The notes under the pieces are model-generated. The model worked only from the letters and a program-made list of their open reading frames with translations, was not told where the DNA came from and ran no database searches. The translations under genes and the position numbers were made by a program. 64,000 nucleotides of DNA, taken from assembly GCA_010093815.1 (NCBI GenBank), contig ML996576.1, one strand, 5' to 3'. Of the stretch, positions 12,150-24,973 are shown piece after piece; position 1 is the stretch's first letter; every line of letters begins with the position of its first letter. This DNA is from Pseudovirgaria hyperparasitica (taxonomy: Eukaryota).

Positions 12150-12330
12150 GATCAAAGCGACTTCTTTTATCAATCATTGAACCATGTCGGAGTTCTCCCT
12201 CTTGACTGCATGCATCAGCGGCGTCAGACTGTCGTGATCTTCTCGATCGACTTTCAGGTCATAGCGGAGCAGCAACTTGCATTTATCCTGAATGGATGTT
12301 TCTACGGCGAAGCAGAGACCAAGGGAACGT
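12150..12330 (-). pseudogene. Ankyrin-repeat gene relic
   Basis: LCFAVE...CKLLLRYDLKVDREDHDSLTPLMHAVKRENSDMVQ*LI matches the ankyrin TPLxxA consensus, with an in-frame stop and no intact flanking ORF. Confidence 0.6.
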
Positions 12331-13253
12331 GAGAGAGACGATCCATCCATGCTAGGCGACTTCAGCTTACAAGGGTAGAAATTAGCGCCACAGCTGCCGT
12401 GCAACACATGGATCTTCATTAATTAGCATAAATTTATTTTGTGCCCCTATCTACTGTGACATGTTCTCGTCGACTTGCTTCCTTTTGAAATGGTATGGAA
12501 TTCTTTAGGTCGCCCTCGGCTTGGCCAATCCGACGAGCCTTGATAACAGCCTTATTTTCAGTGAGCTCAACCGGCTTCCAACCTTTTTCTTAGTTATGTA
12601 AATCGTATGCTGGAGTTTCTTTCACTGTAGGTATTAGTCTACTAGCACGATAGTTACCAGGTTCCACATTCTCTATCCACTGATTTCCCTCTCACATAAT
12701 CAGCATGTTCACCAATTTGAAACTATTATGTCGAGACTTGACCACGATACACTAAAGAATCAAATATGTGATCAATTTTTGAAGTACGTCATGCAGTCTC
12801 TCGGCTGTTTAGTAGAGCGTTCGTAGCTTGGAGCCTTGGGCTACTCTAAGCTCTACGAGAAGTATTGAAGCAGAAACCAGCAATGGCACGGATCTGGCAC
12901 GCAAAAACTTGGTCTGCTGTTCCGAATCTATCAAACTCAAATAATCTTTTATGTTCGACCTACCCCAAATAATCAACATCTCAAAGAGAAGCCAATCAGG
13001 CGCATGTAGTGTTTGTGCTTTTTGTTGCCCCGCCCTACCCAATCAAATCCCGCCCTAACTCACCCGTTTCCAGCGATACTAATCGTCATCTTTTGGAAAC
13101 CTCAACACCACGCTTACAGCATCGTGATCCCATGAAAGATAGACCCAACGATCATTCCTCTAGACGCTTGGAGGTCGCAGGTCGATTTCATAGCACCGAT
13201 CAGCACGATGACATCCTATCTATGTAATCAAATTAAATGCTCCCCTGTGCAAG

Positions 13254-14416
13254 ATGCATCTCTCTGACCGGCACCTAGCATGGCTCACCGCAACAGCTTC
13301 CACCGAAGCTCTCCTTGATAGCGGTGTCCTCCCGCACGCTGTAATCCGTCTCGGTATTCGCACGCAGCTGCGTCAGCGCATACAGCTCATCTCCTCGACA
13401 TCCCTTGAGAGCTCGTGGGTCACAAAAATGAAGTATGTCGACTTGCTGCGCACGCGTCCGATTGCCATTGAGACCAAAACGGCGAACGAACAGCACTACG
13501 AAGTTGGTACAGGAGTCTTGGCGGCATGCTTAGGGCCACGTATGAAGTACTCATGTTGCTTGTATGAAGATGATGGTCGCGGGGGAATCAAAGGCAGTCT
13601 GGCAGAGGCGGAGGATCGGATGCTTGATCTATATGTGCAGCGGGCGGGTGTAGTGGATGGAATGAGTGTCTTAGATCTGGGGTATGCCCACGTTTTCCTC
13701 TTTCCTGATATCCTATGCCAATCACAAGTCAAAGGCAACCTTAATACTAACATCACGTGGCCAGGTGCGGCTGGGGCAGTCTGTCTCTCTACCTCGCCGC
13801 GCGCTTTCCCAAATCCCCTATAACAGGCTTCTCCAATTCCGCAACCCAGAAAACATACATCGACGCCCGCGCCGCTGCTCTAGGCCTGAAGAACCTTACC
13901 ATAGTCACCGGTGACGTCGTCGAACACACCTTCGAAGCCGCCGCCTACGACCGCGTCATATCGATCGAACTCTTCGAGCACATGAAGAATTATGAGCTCC
14001 TCATGGCCAAAGTCTCCCACGCCCTGGTCCCATCAGGCAAGCTCTTTCTGCATATTTTCCACCACGCTAATACACCATACGACTTCGAGGACGGGTGGAT
14101 GACGACACACTTCTTCACGGGAGGCACAATGCCAAGCGCCGACCTGATGCATTTCTTCCAGAGGGATTTGACGCTAACAAGACAATGGTATGTTAATGGG
14201 AAACACTACGCGAGGACGTGTGAGGATTGGTTGAGCAAGATGTGTGCATCGAAGAAGGAGATTTGGCCGCATTTGGTAGAGACATACGGGGCAGACAAGG
14301 CGAGTGTATGGTGGGTGCGCTGGCAGGTGTTTTATATGGCGTGCGCAGAGCTGTTTGCCTGGGACGGGGGCGAGGTATGGGGTGTCGGGCATTATTTGTT
14401 TGAGAAGCGGCAGTAG
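13254..14416 (+). CDS. SAM-dependent methyltransferase, cyclopropane-fatty-acyl synthase / coclaurine N-methyltransferase-like
   Basis: ANEQHYEV, LGPRMKYSCC, VLDLG|CGWGSL (intron 13682-13764), DRVISIELFEHMKNY, HFFTGGTMPS, FYMACAELF. Confidence 0.92.
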
Positions 14417-15161
14417 AGAAGAAGAGAGAAGAGAAGAAAGAGTGAGGTACTGTAGATAGTGTGGGCATCAGGTATGAGGTAATGGCAGGCTCCCGAACAG
14501 ACTTTCACCGACGCGTTCAACGTGACGCGACCCTGATTGATCGTGCCATTTCTGATTATTGGGAACATCACTAGCGCCACATGAACAGGCAGCCTCAGCC
14601 TAGATGACGTCTGTCCTGCCATACACAGTATATATTTGGTTCGGATTTGACAACTCACAGTTACTGTCACTACTGTCCTCTTAGTCTAGAGGCATCAACG
14701 ACGGATAAAAAAGCGCAGTTTGTTACGGCTTTCTCGGTTCCCCAAAGGTCACAAGTTCGACCCGCGCGATATGAGTTTTGTTTTGCGTTTCTCTTCGGTC
14801 ATACCACTTTTTGGTGTGCTTTTGTCTCTCTTTCAATTCAAGGAGAGTCGTGCCGATGACTCTTAATATCATGTACGAGACACATGTAAGACTCAGTCGA
14901 ATGGTGATTCAATACATGATATAGATTTGCTGTGGGTACCTGTAGATGGATAAATTATAAAGGCTGCTGTGGTCAGTCTGAAAAGTTTCGTGATGTTTCT
15001 GGGCGGAGATCTGCAGGAGTAAAGCCTTCCTCAAGTGATTTGTTTGACATAAGAAACACCTCCCAATCCCCATGTGGAGTCTTCTTAGTGTTTGAATACA
15101 CTATGAACCTTCATATATACATCTCCCTTCTTCGGCTACGATCCTCCAATCTAAGCGTCGA

Positions 15162-15460
15162 TCAATGATCCCAAGGATGTTTCCATCCCAGCAATGCTGG
15201 TCCATCTTTCTTTGCGCGGTACATCAACTGTCATCATCATCAATGCTATTTCCCGCAAGAGGCATTGCTGCTAGCTTACAAAAAACCACATGCTTGCTGG
15301 GAGTGCAAGGGCGAAGAAACGGTAGAGGGGTCGAGCAGGATGAACGTGGACAGGGTGTCCGTTGGCAGCATGAGGCTTGCCATGACCGGCAAAGAGTGGT
15401 AGGGTTCTACCGATAGTTAGAAAGTCCAGTTGTTTATTGTCAAGCGACATACCTCCTCAT
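15162..15460 (-). CDS. NDUFB2: NADH:ubiquinone oxidoreductase accessory subunit NDUFB2 (AGGG)-like, 66 aa
   Basis: Exons 15460-15453, 15406-15280 and 15227-15162 with GT-AG introns give MRRTLPLFAGHGKPHAANGHPVHVHPARPLYRFFALALPASMWFFLMYRAKKDGPALLGWKHPWDH*. The MWFFLMYRAKKDG..LLGWKHPW motif is characteristic of the fungal subunit. Confidence 0.85.
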
Positions 15461-15853
15461 GCTTGTTGTGTGAAGCTGTAATTGATCGGAGATTCCACGA
15501 CTATGAGCCGTGAGATGAGGTTGTGACGGACGAGGTGATGATCGCTAGTTCAGATCTAATCTCTCGGCGATCATTCGGCCCCGCCCAGCGCATTCTCGCG
15601 CGCCCGTTCATCTTGATCAGACAATTGTTCACTCCATTACAATAGTTATTTTCGCCTAGACCCTCGACGTATCTCCGTCCCCGCATCTATGAGCATGTTT
15701 GCGCTCATATAATCTGTCTATCCATGTCGTCACCTTCACACCTGCGCATCATCATCATAATTTCAGAGCCTCTCTCGAACTCGGAGACTGAGGATTCGAT
15801 CCGCTGAGATCGAGGTGGAACAGTGGCTTAGATTGTTCAGACTCGTCACGAAG

Positions 15854-17740
15854 ATGACTTCTCCTCCGGCACAGGCGACGCCAACAGGCGTCACCCCTAT
15901 TCAACGCACATACAAAGGCTGCTCGTCGATACGAGATTACCAGGTCATGGATAAATTGGGCGAAGGTACATTCGGCGAAGTGCACAAGGCAAGATCGCGA
16001 AAGACATCACAGCTCGTAGCGCTCAAGAAAATCCTCATGCACAACGAGAAGGACGGGTTCCCGATCACAGCATTGAGGGAGATCAAATTGTTGAAGATGC
16101 TGTCACATATCAACGTCCTGAAACTCGAGGAGATGGCCGTGGAGAGGCCAAAAGGAGAAGGTCGCAAGAAAGCAGTACTTTACATGGTTACACCGTATAT
16201 GGAGCATGATCTCAGTGGACTGCTGGACAACCCTGACGTCAGATTCACGGAGCCGCAGATCAAATGTTACATGCTGCAATTGCTGGAGGGTCTGAGATAT
16301 CTACACGACAACAAGATTCTGCATCGAGATATGAAGGCAGCGAATCTGCTTATCAGCAACAAGGGCATCCTCCAGATTGCGGACTTTGGACTTGCAAGAC
16401 ATTATGACGAGGAGGTACCCAGAGCAGGAAGAGGTGCTGGCGAGGCCAACAGAGAGTATACCGCGCTGGTCGTGACGAGATGGTACAGGCCGCCAGAATT
16501 ATTGCTATCATTGCGGAAGTACACGACGGCGATTGACATGTGGGGCGCTGGGTACGACCCTCGACCGTACGGCCTCTTCGACAGCTAACTTTGACTAGGT
16601 GTGTGTTTGGGGAGATGTTCAAACGGAAACCCATCATGGCGGGGAACAGCGATTTGAACCAGATTCATCTCATCTTTGATCTAGTCGGATCACCGACTGA
16701 CGCTAATATGCCTGGGTGGAATCAGCTGCCTGGCTGCGAAGGGATAAAGCAATTCCCGCTTCGCAAAGGTACTCTGTCTCAAACGTTTAGGGAGTATGTA
16801 TACATCGCATCCAACATCACACCAACACTGCTGACATATATCTTGTAGGCAAGGCTCCTCCGCAATATCTCTACTGCAAGAGCTTCTCAAGCTGGACTGG
16901 CGTAAACGTATAAATGCTCTGGATGCGTTACAACATCCCTATTTCAAGTCTGACCCTCTACCAGCCAAGCCAGAGGACCTCCCTACCTTTCAGGATTCAC
17001 ATGAACTCGACCGGCGAAGCACCCGTGGTAACAAGGCTGCTCTCCCACCAGCACCTGCTGGTGGAACGGTTGGCATGGGGCCAAATGGTGAGTCTTTCGG
17101 AGCCAGTGGAGGTCCGCCACAAGCACCGCCCGGCGTACCTAATGGTCAATGGATGAATGGTGAGAGGGATCAAAGACCTCGTGGCTATGAAAGAGGTCCG
17201 CCAGGGCCGCCGCCCGGAGTTCGAGCAGGGAATTATGGCCGGGGATACGACCGTAACGATCGCAGAGACGGGCCTCCACGCCAACAATGGCAAGATGAAA
17301 GTCGACGTAGAGATGACCCAGGTTACAGACATCCCCTTCCACCGCCACCGGGAGAGGGTCGTCATCCTCTCCCAAACCCACCCCCAGTATATCGTGGCCC
17401 GGAGGGTCGCGACCGTGATCGTGAATGGGACCGAGGGGGACCTGCTCGCAATGGGCCTGGTAAGAGTAATGTCGATACCTACGTACCAAGCTATATGCGA
17501 GACCGAGTGTCTAAAGACCGCGATGAGCTTCCCACCAGAGAGATGCGACGTGGATCACATGATTCGAGAGATGATCCACCACCGTCACGAGACGATCGGC
17601 CTAGGAGAGATGAATACGTGGAAAGAGAGCGCTACCGCGATCAAGGTCTGCAGCGGCGGACGAGGAGCAGAAGTCCAGATCGCCGAGATAGGGATAGGAG
17701 AGACCGCGACAGGGGAGACAGAAACCTCTACAGAAGATGA
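15854..17740 (+). CDS. BUR1: Cyclin-dependent kinase BUR1/SGV1 (CDK9 family)
   Basis: [42 protein letters not shown]. Introns 16552-16598 and 16794-16848. RD/RS-rich C-terminus. Confidence 0.95.
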
Positions 17741-18568
17741 GTGAATTTCCTGGCGAACGGAGCACCGCGGCGTGAACATTTTTGACCGCTATTGGGCGCA
17801 AACGGTGTTATTGGCCTTTCTGGTTGACATCCTAGGCACAGGCTCAGGAGGCTGTTTTCAGACGGCCATATGCATAGCGTGGCGCCTTAGGGGTATCATG
17901 ATTGTATGTTTCATTTCATGTCACTCGAAATACAAATAGCCGCCTCGAGCATCCTGGTTGATTGAGTTGTCTTTAGTATTTACCGGTGAAGTCTGGCAAC
18001 GTCGAGATGGTCGTGCTGAAGTTGACACAGTCACTTACGAGGGGCAGTGAGGTCACTGAATCCTACGACATGGATTCGGCAGTTCGGCATGCCAAGACGG
18101 ACGTTTCTAACACCAGTGTAAACGAGGATGAGCCCTCGAGTCGAGTGTCGCAGTCTGAATGATTCTGCGCGAAATAACTTCGGATTATTATGAATAGCGC
18201 CCGAGTTGGTCTGGGCACGCTCTTACCACACAACAGCACACCAAACAGTGACATTCAAACGCGCATGCACAAGCAGCCCTTAATTTCATTGCGATAAAAA
18301 AAAACCCCCCAGCTAATACCTCATACAGTCCTGAGCATGATAGACACATATAGACACATATAGACATATATGTTTATATAAAGACAGCTATGGCCGTGGC
18401 AAGTAAGAAGGTTCTACATCACAAGGAGCCCAAGTCACTCCACACCAGGTCATTCCCCCCGGAAAAAAAAAATTATGTAGGTTTCTATCTACCTGCTGTT
18501 CAGCAGAAACATTTGTGTGTCCGATGATTAATCCAATTTTTTTTTTAGAAGCCACACTCTTTCGCATC

Positions 18569-19477
18569 ATGTCTTCCCTCAAGCCGTCCGTCTTGCTTGC
18601 GGCTTTCCTCGCCATTCCATTTGTCTTCGCGGAAGACTGCAAGCCAGGCGGACCCTGCGTCAGCTACTATCCGGAGGTAGGCTGTCTGCAGGATTACAAA
18701 CCTAACCCCGGTAGTTTCAAACCTAACCCCGGTAGTTCCGAACCGAATGACGACAATTGCTTCAAGTGGGAGAATTTCAAAAGTGTAAAGCTCGAAGCAG
18801 ACGGAGAGACAGATGTCACTTGCCAGATGTGGCAGAGCAACAATTGCAACTCCGATAAGCCCGCCTATATGAAGAATACGCCATTCGAATGGAGGACAGA
18901 CTTTGTGCCTCCTGACAAGAAGAATAACGGGCTTAAGCGGGAATTGTGTATCAACCCCAGCATGAACTTTCCAAAAAAATCCCCATTCCTCTTTGGGTCC
19001 ATGCGATGTGTCGTTTATGGGCGAAATTCCGAGGGCATGACGGTCGATACCAAAGGTGCGGTAAATCAGACGGAGTCTCTAAATACAGCGCCAGTGCCGC
19101 CCACGTCCAAAGGGGGGGTTGCGCCGACAAATGGTATATCCTCAGGCCCAGGCTCGCCCTCAACCCCGGGTATGCCCCCAGGCCGACCAATTGAGGACGC
19201 GCTTCGAAAAGGAGAAACATCGTCCTTGGCACAAAAGGACTCATCGTCAATGAGTTCGGACGGGAGGTCAATGTGGACAGGCCCAAATCCTATGAATCCG
19301 TTGAACGGGGCTCCTGATACGGCCACAATGCCACAGAACGGTCAATCGTCGCAAAACGGATCCCCAGTGGCGCCACTCTTTAGAGGATCCGCAGGGGCAC
19401 GTTCGACGAGCCCAGAGTTGGGTAGTGTGAGCGAAGGTGGACGAGGTTCTACCCACGGGCAGCCCCCTAATGTGTGA
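18569..19477 (+). CDS. Secreted Cys-rich protein with Ser/Gly/Pro-rich tail, unknown function
   Basis: Signal-peptide-like MSSLKPSVLLAAFLAIPFVFA, eight Cys in the N-terminal half, internal 21-bp duplication encoding KPNPGSF/KPNPGSS, and TATATAAA at ~18375. Confidence 0.75.
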   Translation: MSSLKPSVLLAAFLAIPFVFAEDCKPGGPCVSYYPEVGCLQDYKPNPGSFKPNPGSSEPNDDNCFKWENFKSVKLEADGETDVTCQMWQSNNCNSDKPAYMKNTPFEWRTDFVPPDKKNNGLKRELCINPSMNFPKKSPFLFGSMRCVVYGRNSEGMTVDTKGAVNQTESLNTAPVPPTSKGGVAPTNGISSGPGSPSTPGMPPGRPIEDALRKGETSSLAQKDSSSMSSDGRSMWTGPNPMNPLNGAPDTATMPQNGQSSQNGSPVAPLFRGSAGARSTSPELGSVSEGGRGSTHGQPPNV

Positions 19478-19669
19478 ATGAAAATGAGGGGATGCTATCA
19501 CTACACACACTCGGAGTGGCTAAGATACACCTGAAAAGATGCCACAATGAAGAGAAGGAGAGGATAAGATGTGAGAAGTAGAAAATAACTTATCGGAAGC
19601 TGGAATCGTCTTGGTCGCGAGGCTGGGGTGGTTGTTTCAATAGAAAGGTTGTTCATAAAACAGGCGGAT

Positions 19670-19825
19670 GTGTATCGTATCGTATCATTCATTATATGTA
19701 TTCTTTCATTGTATCCATTCATTGTATACCTTTGTTGTATAACTTCGCTGTATACCTTTTGTTGCATACTTTTATCGTATCCTGTCATTGTATACTGTAC
19801 TTTCATTGTATATATCCTGGTATCC
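19670..19825. repeat. Degenerate AT-rich minisatellite (~13-bp TTCATTGTATACC-like unit)
   Basis: Repeated cattgtat / ttgtatac / atcgtatc cores. Confidence 0.6.
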
Positions 19826-20213
19826 AATTGCTTGACTTTCCAGGATCCCCGGGTCCCCCGGTCCAGTATCTCGTCGGCCTCAGGCTACACTTGTTCCAGC
19901 CTGAGCCTTTCTGTTATGATCCACATTATTAATCGTCGAAACCTTTTGAATCCGGGGAGCCTCGGATGGGACGGTCGGCGCGTATTATGTAGGTGCGCCA
20001 TTTTGTGGGGTTTGTCAGACTCATGAAGACTCATCAGTGGGTCTTGGCGGGCCGAGGACCCCTCTAGACGAAAAATGCCCCTCTACACCTATACACTTCA
20101 TAAACTGAACCCTCTCCTGATTATTTTCACGACATCACAGTCCTCACGCGCTTGCTCCATAGCACATCTTCACCCCTCAATACCTCCATACCTCCTCCAT
20201 ATACACACATGCA

Positions 20214-21984
20214 ATGGCCGCTGCCATGAACGGAATCGAGCGGTTAACGAGTCACCAAGAGGAAAAGCATTTGCCCGGAGGCTGGGTAGTGCTCAAGTTC
20301 GGGGGCACAAGCGTCGGCAAGTTTGCGGAGAATATTGCCGAGATTGTACAGTGAGTTTAGACGAAAACATGGATTCTCCTCCATGGCCAATTGCTGACCG
20401 CGTGCAGAGCTGGCCTCGCTGGGAACAAACGGATTGCCGTGGTATGCTCTGCTAGAAGCAACAACACCAAGCTTGAGGGCACCACGAACCGGTGAGTCAA
20501 TTTCTCGCAGAGTCATCTTGCATGGTGCAGATTGGCTAATGTGGCGTCACGCATGCAGCCTCCTCCGTGCAGCTCGCGAGGCCGAGAAGAAGTCCACCAG
20601 CAACTATGGCCCGATTGTCGACGCGATTCTCAACGACCATGTTGCAGCCGGCGCCGATACTTTTGGCTCCCCGGAAATACTTGCTGAATATACTGCGGGT
20701 GTAAAAGCTGAATGTGAGAATTTGACCAGGATCTTGGAGTCAGCCCACCACTTGGAGGAGGTCAGCGTGAGAGTCGAAGACAAGATTATCAGCAAAGGAG
20801 AAAAACTGAGCTGCCGCTATATGGCTGCCCTATTGCAGGCCCGCGGAGTCAATGCACAATATGTGGACATGTCTGAGGTGCTCTATACCCCTACACCCAA
20901 GGGACTCAACGAGAAGTTCTACTCTGATCTAGCCGCAAGTCTCGCGCAGGAAGTCTTTGCGTGCGGAGAAAAGATACCTGTCATCACAGGTTTCTTTGGA
21001 AATGTGCCTGGAGGACTATTGAATGTCATCGGACGTGGCTATACGGATCTTTGTGCCGCGCTCGTTGCGATCGGCATTCAGGCAGAAGAGCTGCAGATCT
21101 GGAAGGAAGTGGATGGTATCTTCACCGCCGATCCACGCAAGGTACCAACTGCTCGTCTGATTGACTCCGTGACTCCGTCTGAGGCTGCCGAATTGACCTT
21201 CTATGGCTCGGAAGTCATTCACCCTTTTACCATGGAGCAGGTAATCCGCGCTCGCATTCCAATCCGGATCAAGAACGTTATCAATCCTCGAAGTGCCGGA
21301 ACTATCATCTTCCCAGATGCAATCTCCGAGGTTGAAAAGAGCATCCCCGGGACTCCAGTGCCCGAGGCTCGTATGATTAGAAGCCGTTCCAGCACGCTCC
21401 TGTCCAGTGTTTCTTTCGGCAAGCCAAAGCGTCCAACCGCTGTGACCATTAAACATCACATAGTTGTTCTCAACGTGCATTCTAACAAGCGTACACGTGC
21501 CCATGGGTTCTTGATGAACATCTTTTCTATCCTTGACCGCTGGCACCTTAGTGTAGACCTTATCTCCTCGTCTGAGGTGCACGTGTCCATGGCAATCCAT
21601 TCCGAAGCAGCTCTGCTAGCAGGCGGGGGCGAGGATGAATGGAGTATTGCCCATGCTGACCTTCGTGGAGCAGTCGAGGACTTGGGGGAAGTCGGCACTA
21701 TCGATATCGTACCCGACATGGCCATTGTCAGTCTCGTTGGGAAGCAGTTGAAGAACATGGTTGGTATCAGTGGCAAGTTCTTCAGTGTCCTGGGTGACAA
21801 TAACATCAATATCGAGATGATCTCGCAGGGCAAGTCCACACCTCATCGTCACCAGATTCACCTTGTTTGGCGCTAACCTCCTTCAGGGGCGAGCGAGATC
21901 AACATATCATGCGTCATCGAGGAGCGCGACGCCGACCGCGCTCTCAACGTTGTACATACGAATCTCTTTACATTTCTGGAGTAA
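20214..21984 (+). CDS. HOM3: Aspartokinase
   Basis: VLKFGGTSVGK, VVCSARS, GRGYTDL, IWKEVDGIFTADPRKVP, EAAELTFYGSEVIHP and ACT domains. Introns 20351-20407, 20492-20558 and GC-AG 21830-21886. Confidence 0.96.
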
Positions 21985-22384
21985 AAGTCGGTTGCATTGA
22001 TGAATGAGCATTTCAACATAGCGCAGGGTGCATAGCAAAAGTTTCTTTTCCGGGCTCACGCAGCACGACCAGCGAGCATCTACCATTGAGGTCAAAGGGA
22101 GTAGCGTTTTCATGTTCCACAGTCTTTCAATCCATATCATGGTTCTACTTGACGCGCACGGGCCTAGTGAATTCTATAATTTTGCCAAAGATCTTTGTTC
22201 ACTTGGCCCGCTGGCACTGAGCACGCACTCGCCGCCTGTTCCAGGGGGACCTGTGCTTGTCGCGGTGAGCAAAGAATAACAAGAAAATTTTCATAGTATA
22301 ACCGCCTTGCGTGTTCCCCCTCTTGTGTTTCCTTCTTCACCAACCAAGTTTCGTCACAGTTTCTGGCTGTTTACCACCTTCATC

Positions 22385-24973
22385 ATGTCAGACAACATCG
22401 AGAGAGAACAGCAAGGTCGACCCCTGCGAGTTGATCGTGCAAGACCATCAGCACGCGCAATCGAAGAACAAAGAATGCTCTCTGCTCTGGGAGAATTTGA
22501 ACAAGCAAGGTCAGCCGTATCGTCTGACATTTCCGTCGACGCCCCAACAGAGCCATTTCCAGACTTTGACCCCGCTTACACCGGCCGTGACGATAGAGTT
22601 CCTGGCGTCTATCGCAACGAGGAAGAAAGACAAGTGTCTGCTCGAAGACTACGCAGTCTTGGTGTCAGAGAATCGCAGTTACCAACAGCACTTCCATCTC
22701 GACCTGTCCAGAATCGCCGATCGCGACTCCCAGTTCCTATCTCAGGTATGTGTGCTTCTTTGATGCGCTGTTATAGCAGTGTGAAAGCTGTGCTTGACCT
22801 CAAAACAATTCCTCGACTAACACTGGCAGGCACGTTTCGATCTGCTGCAATGTCAGACCAAGGAAGGCGTCCGCTTCCGTCCTATGAACCGTCTGGTGAT
22901 CCTTACTCTCACTCTGCTTCTACTAGCAATCGTACTCAGCACCATCAGCGCACCTACTCTGACCCGTTCGAGTATGATAACATGCAACTACCTGCTCATA
23001 TCCTCGAATACCAAGGAGGCAGTGATGATGATGATGAACAGCTCAATTTGAATATGCCAGATCCTTCCAGTCCGATCAAGGTCAATCGTGCTCCGCCTGC
23101 GCGACCTACTCTTGGTCAGCATCTCTCGCAGCTCAGCATTTCTGGCACTGGAGACTTCGGTCTTGGAATCTGGACCAGCACCCAGACAGCCAGTCCCACA
23201 GACGTCGATGACTTATTCACTGGCAGCGTATCCCAGGGACAAGAGTCTTCACAGCAGGCAGAAGGACAGCGCACGCCACGCAACAAGGGCAAAGCCAGAG
23301 CCCGAGGCGGTGATTATGATGACCCTGACAGAACTCCACGACCTGATGATGCTCCTCTGTTTGGCGCCGATGGCCCTACGTTCGTCCAGAGGGACCGCAA
23401 GCCTGCTACTGCTGTCACTATCGCAGAGAGATATGAGCATCCGATCGTCTCCAAAGATCCTAACAACCCTTTCCCAGAATTCCACCTGTCTGATACATAC
23501 GGGGAGAAGGACCCTTATCGCCAGGCATACCTCTTTGTGCGTGAGAGTCTCGGCCAGCTGTACATGATGTGCACTGCCAAAGAGCTCCCTCAGTCGCCCG
23601 ACCTGCTTGACTTTGATACTCAGAGATCTCGATATGAAGGAAAGTCTCCAACTTCGTCCTTCGGTAGTGGTAGCAACGTAAGCATCGCCCTAAGTCTACC
23701 TCACATCCTTCCGCTTTAGCTAACACGTTACTTGTCAGATGAGCCCCACATCACCTTTGACAGTCATCGACTCCAACGCTGGTGCCATCGCAGGTCCCCG
23801 AGATGCTAGCACGTCCTTTGGATCGATGCGTTCTGTAACCGGTCCTACTGGCCCCGTCTCCCCCACTGAAGCTCGTCGCCCTCCAATAACCCAACGATCT
23901 ATCACAACTTCTTCCATGCCGCAATCATCATCCCAAATGTCAGACACCGTGTATGGTGCAGACTCCGACGCCGCCCGCACCTCGACTTCTTCAATGGACT
24001 CTGACAAAGCCACACAGTCCAGCAAGCACAAGGAATTTGTGCACCGCGCACGCAGCAACGAATGGTCCGACCAAACCAACGAGGTCTCGCTCTGGTTCAT
24101 CGCACAGTACTTCCTCCGAGAAGAAGCAAACCCCGGCGCAAAGCTGAACAGGGACGGATCCGTCGACGTCAAGAAGTTCCTCGAAGCCGAAGAGGCCCGC
24201 AACGCACTGACATCCCTGATTGACGAGGAGAACGACAAGATCAGGCTGGAGATTCGCACCAAACTCCTGAAGTAAGTTTCTTCTCTCCCCCTCTCCCTCT
24301 CCCTCTCCCTCTCCCTCTCCCTATCTCTTCTCCTCTCTTTCTCCCTCTCCTTTCCCCCCTACCCCACTCTTCCCCACTCTTAACACCGCGAAATATTTAT
24401 TCCCTTATGCTGACTTTGCTTTCCTGCAATAGTGGTGGCCTCGACGCCGCCGAGCGCACCGCCTGCCTCGGCATCCTCCGGGGCATCCGCATGACCGAGG
24501 ACGAGCGCATCAAGAAGTGCGACCCCTCCACCGCCCAGTGCGTCGCCGCCTGGGCCGTCGTCTTCACCGAGTGGGCCCAGAAGCGCGACGAGGTCGTCAT
24601 CAAGCTGCGCCGCGCCAGATACCTGGCAAAGCAACAGCAGTGGATGTCCCATCTCGCGGAGATGGAGGAGAGGGAGCTGCTCCGTCGCCGCCGCCAACAC
24701 CCCTCCACCACCACCACCACCTCCCCCTCCTCCTCCTCCTCCTCCTCCACCGCCACTTCCGCCGCCGCCGCCGCATCCGCCCTTGCCGCCGACGCGAGGG
24801 CCTCGGAGCAGAGGGCCGAGCGCAGGCTGCGCGAGGCAGACGCCGATATCAGGGCGTATCGTCTGGGCGAGCGCGTCGTTCTCGATAACGACGCCAGGCT
24901 TCGCATGACGCTCGCGGCTCGGCGCGAGTCGATTCGTGCCCGCTTGGCCCTCCTCCAACAGCCCCCGCAGTAG
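22385..24973 (+). CDS. Uncharacterised multi-exon protein (disordered N-terminus, helical/coiled-coil C-terminus)
   Basis: Three long ORFs join in frame through canonical introns 22746-22829, 23678-23738 and 24272-24432. No family recognised. Confidence 0.7.

Noticed and set aside
14745..14770. tRNA-like GGTCACAAGTTCGACCC
   Set aside because: The T-stem does not pair, and no acceptor or anticodon arms could be built.
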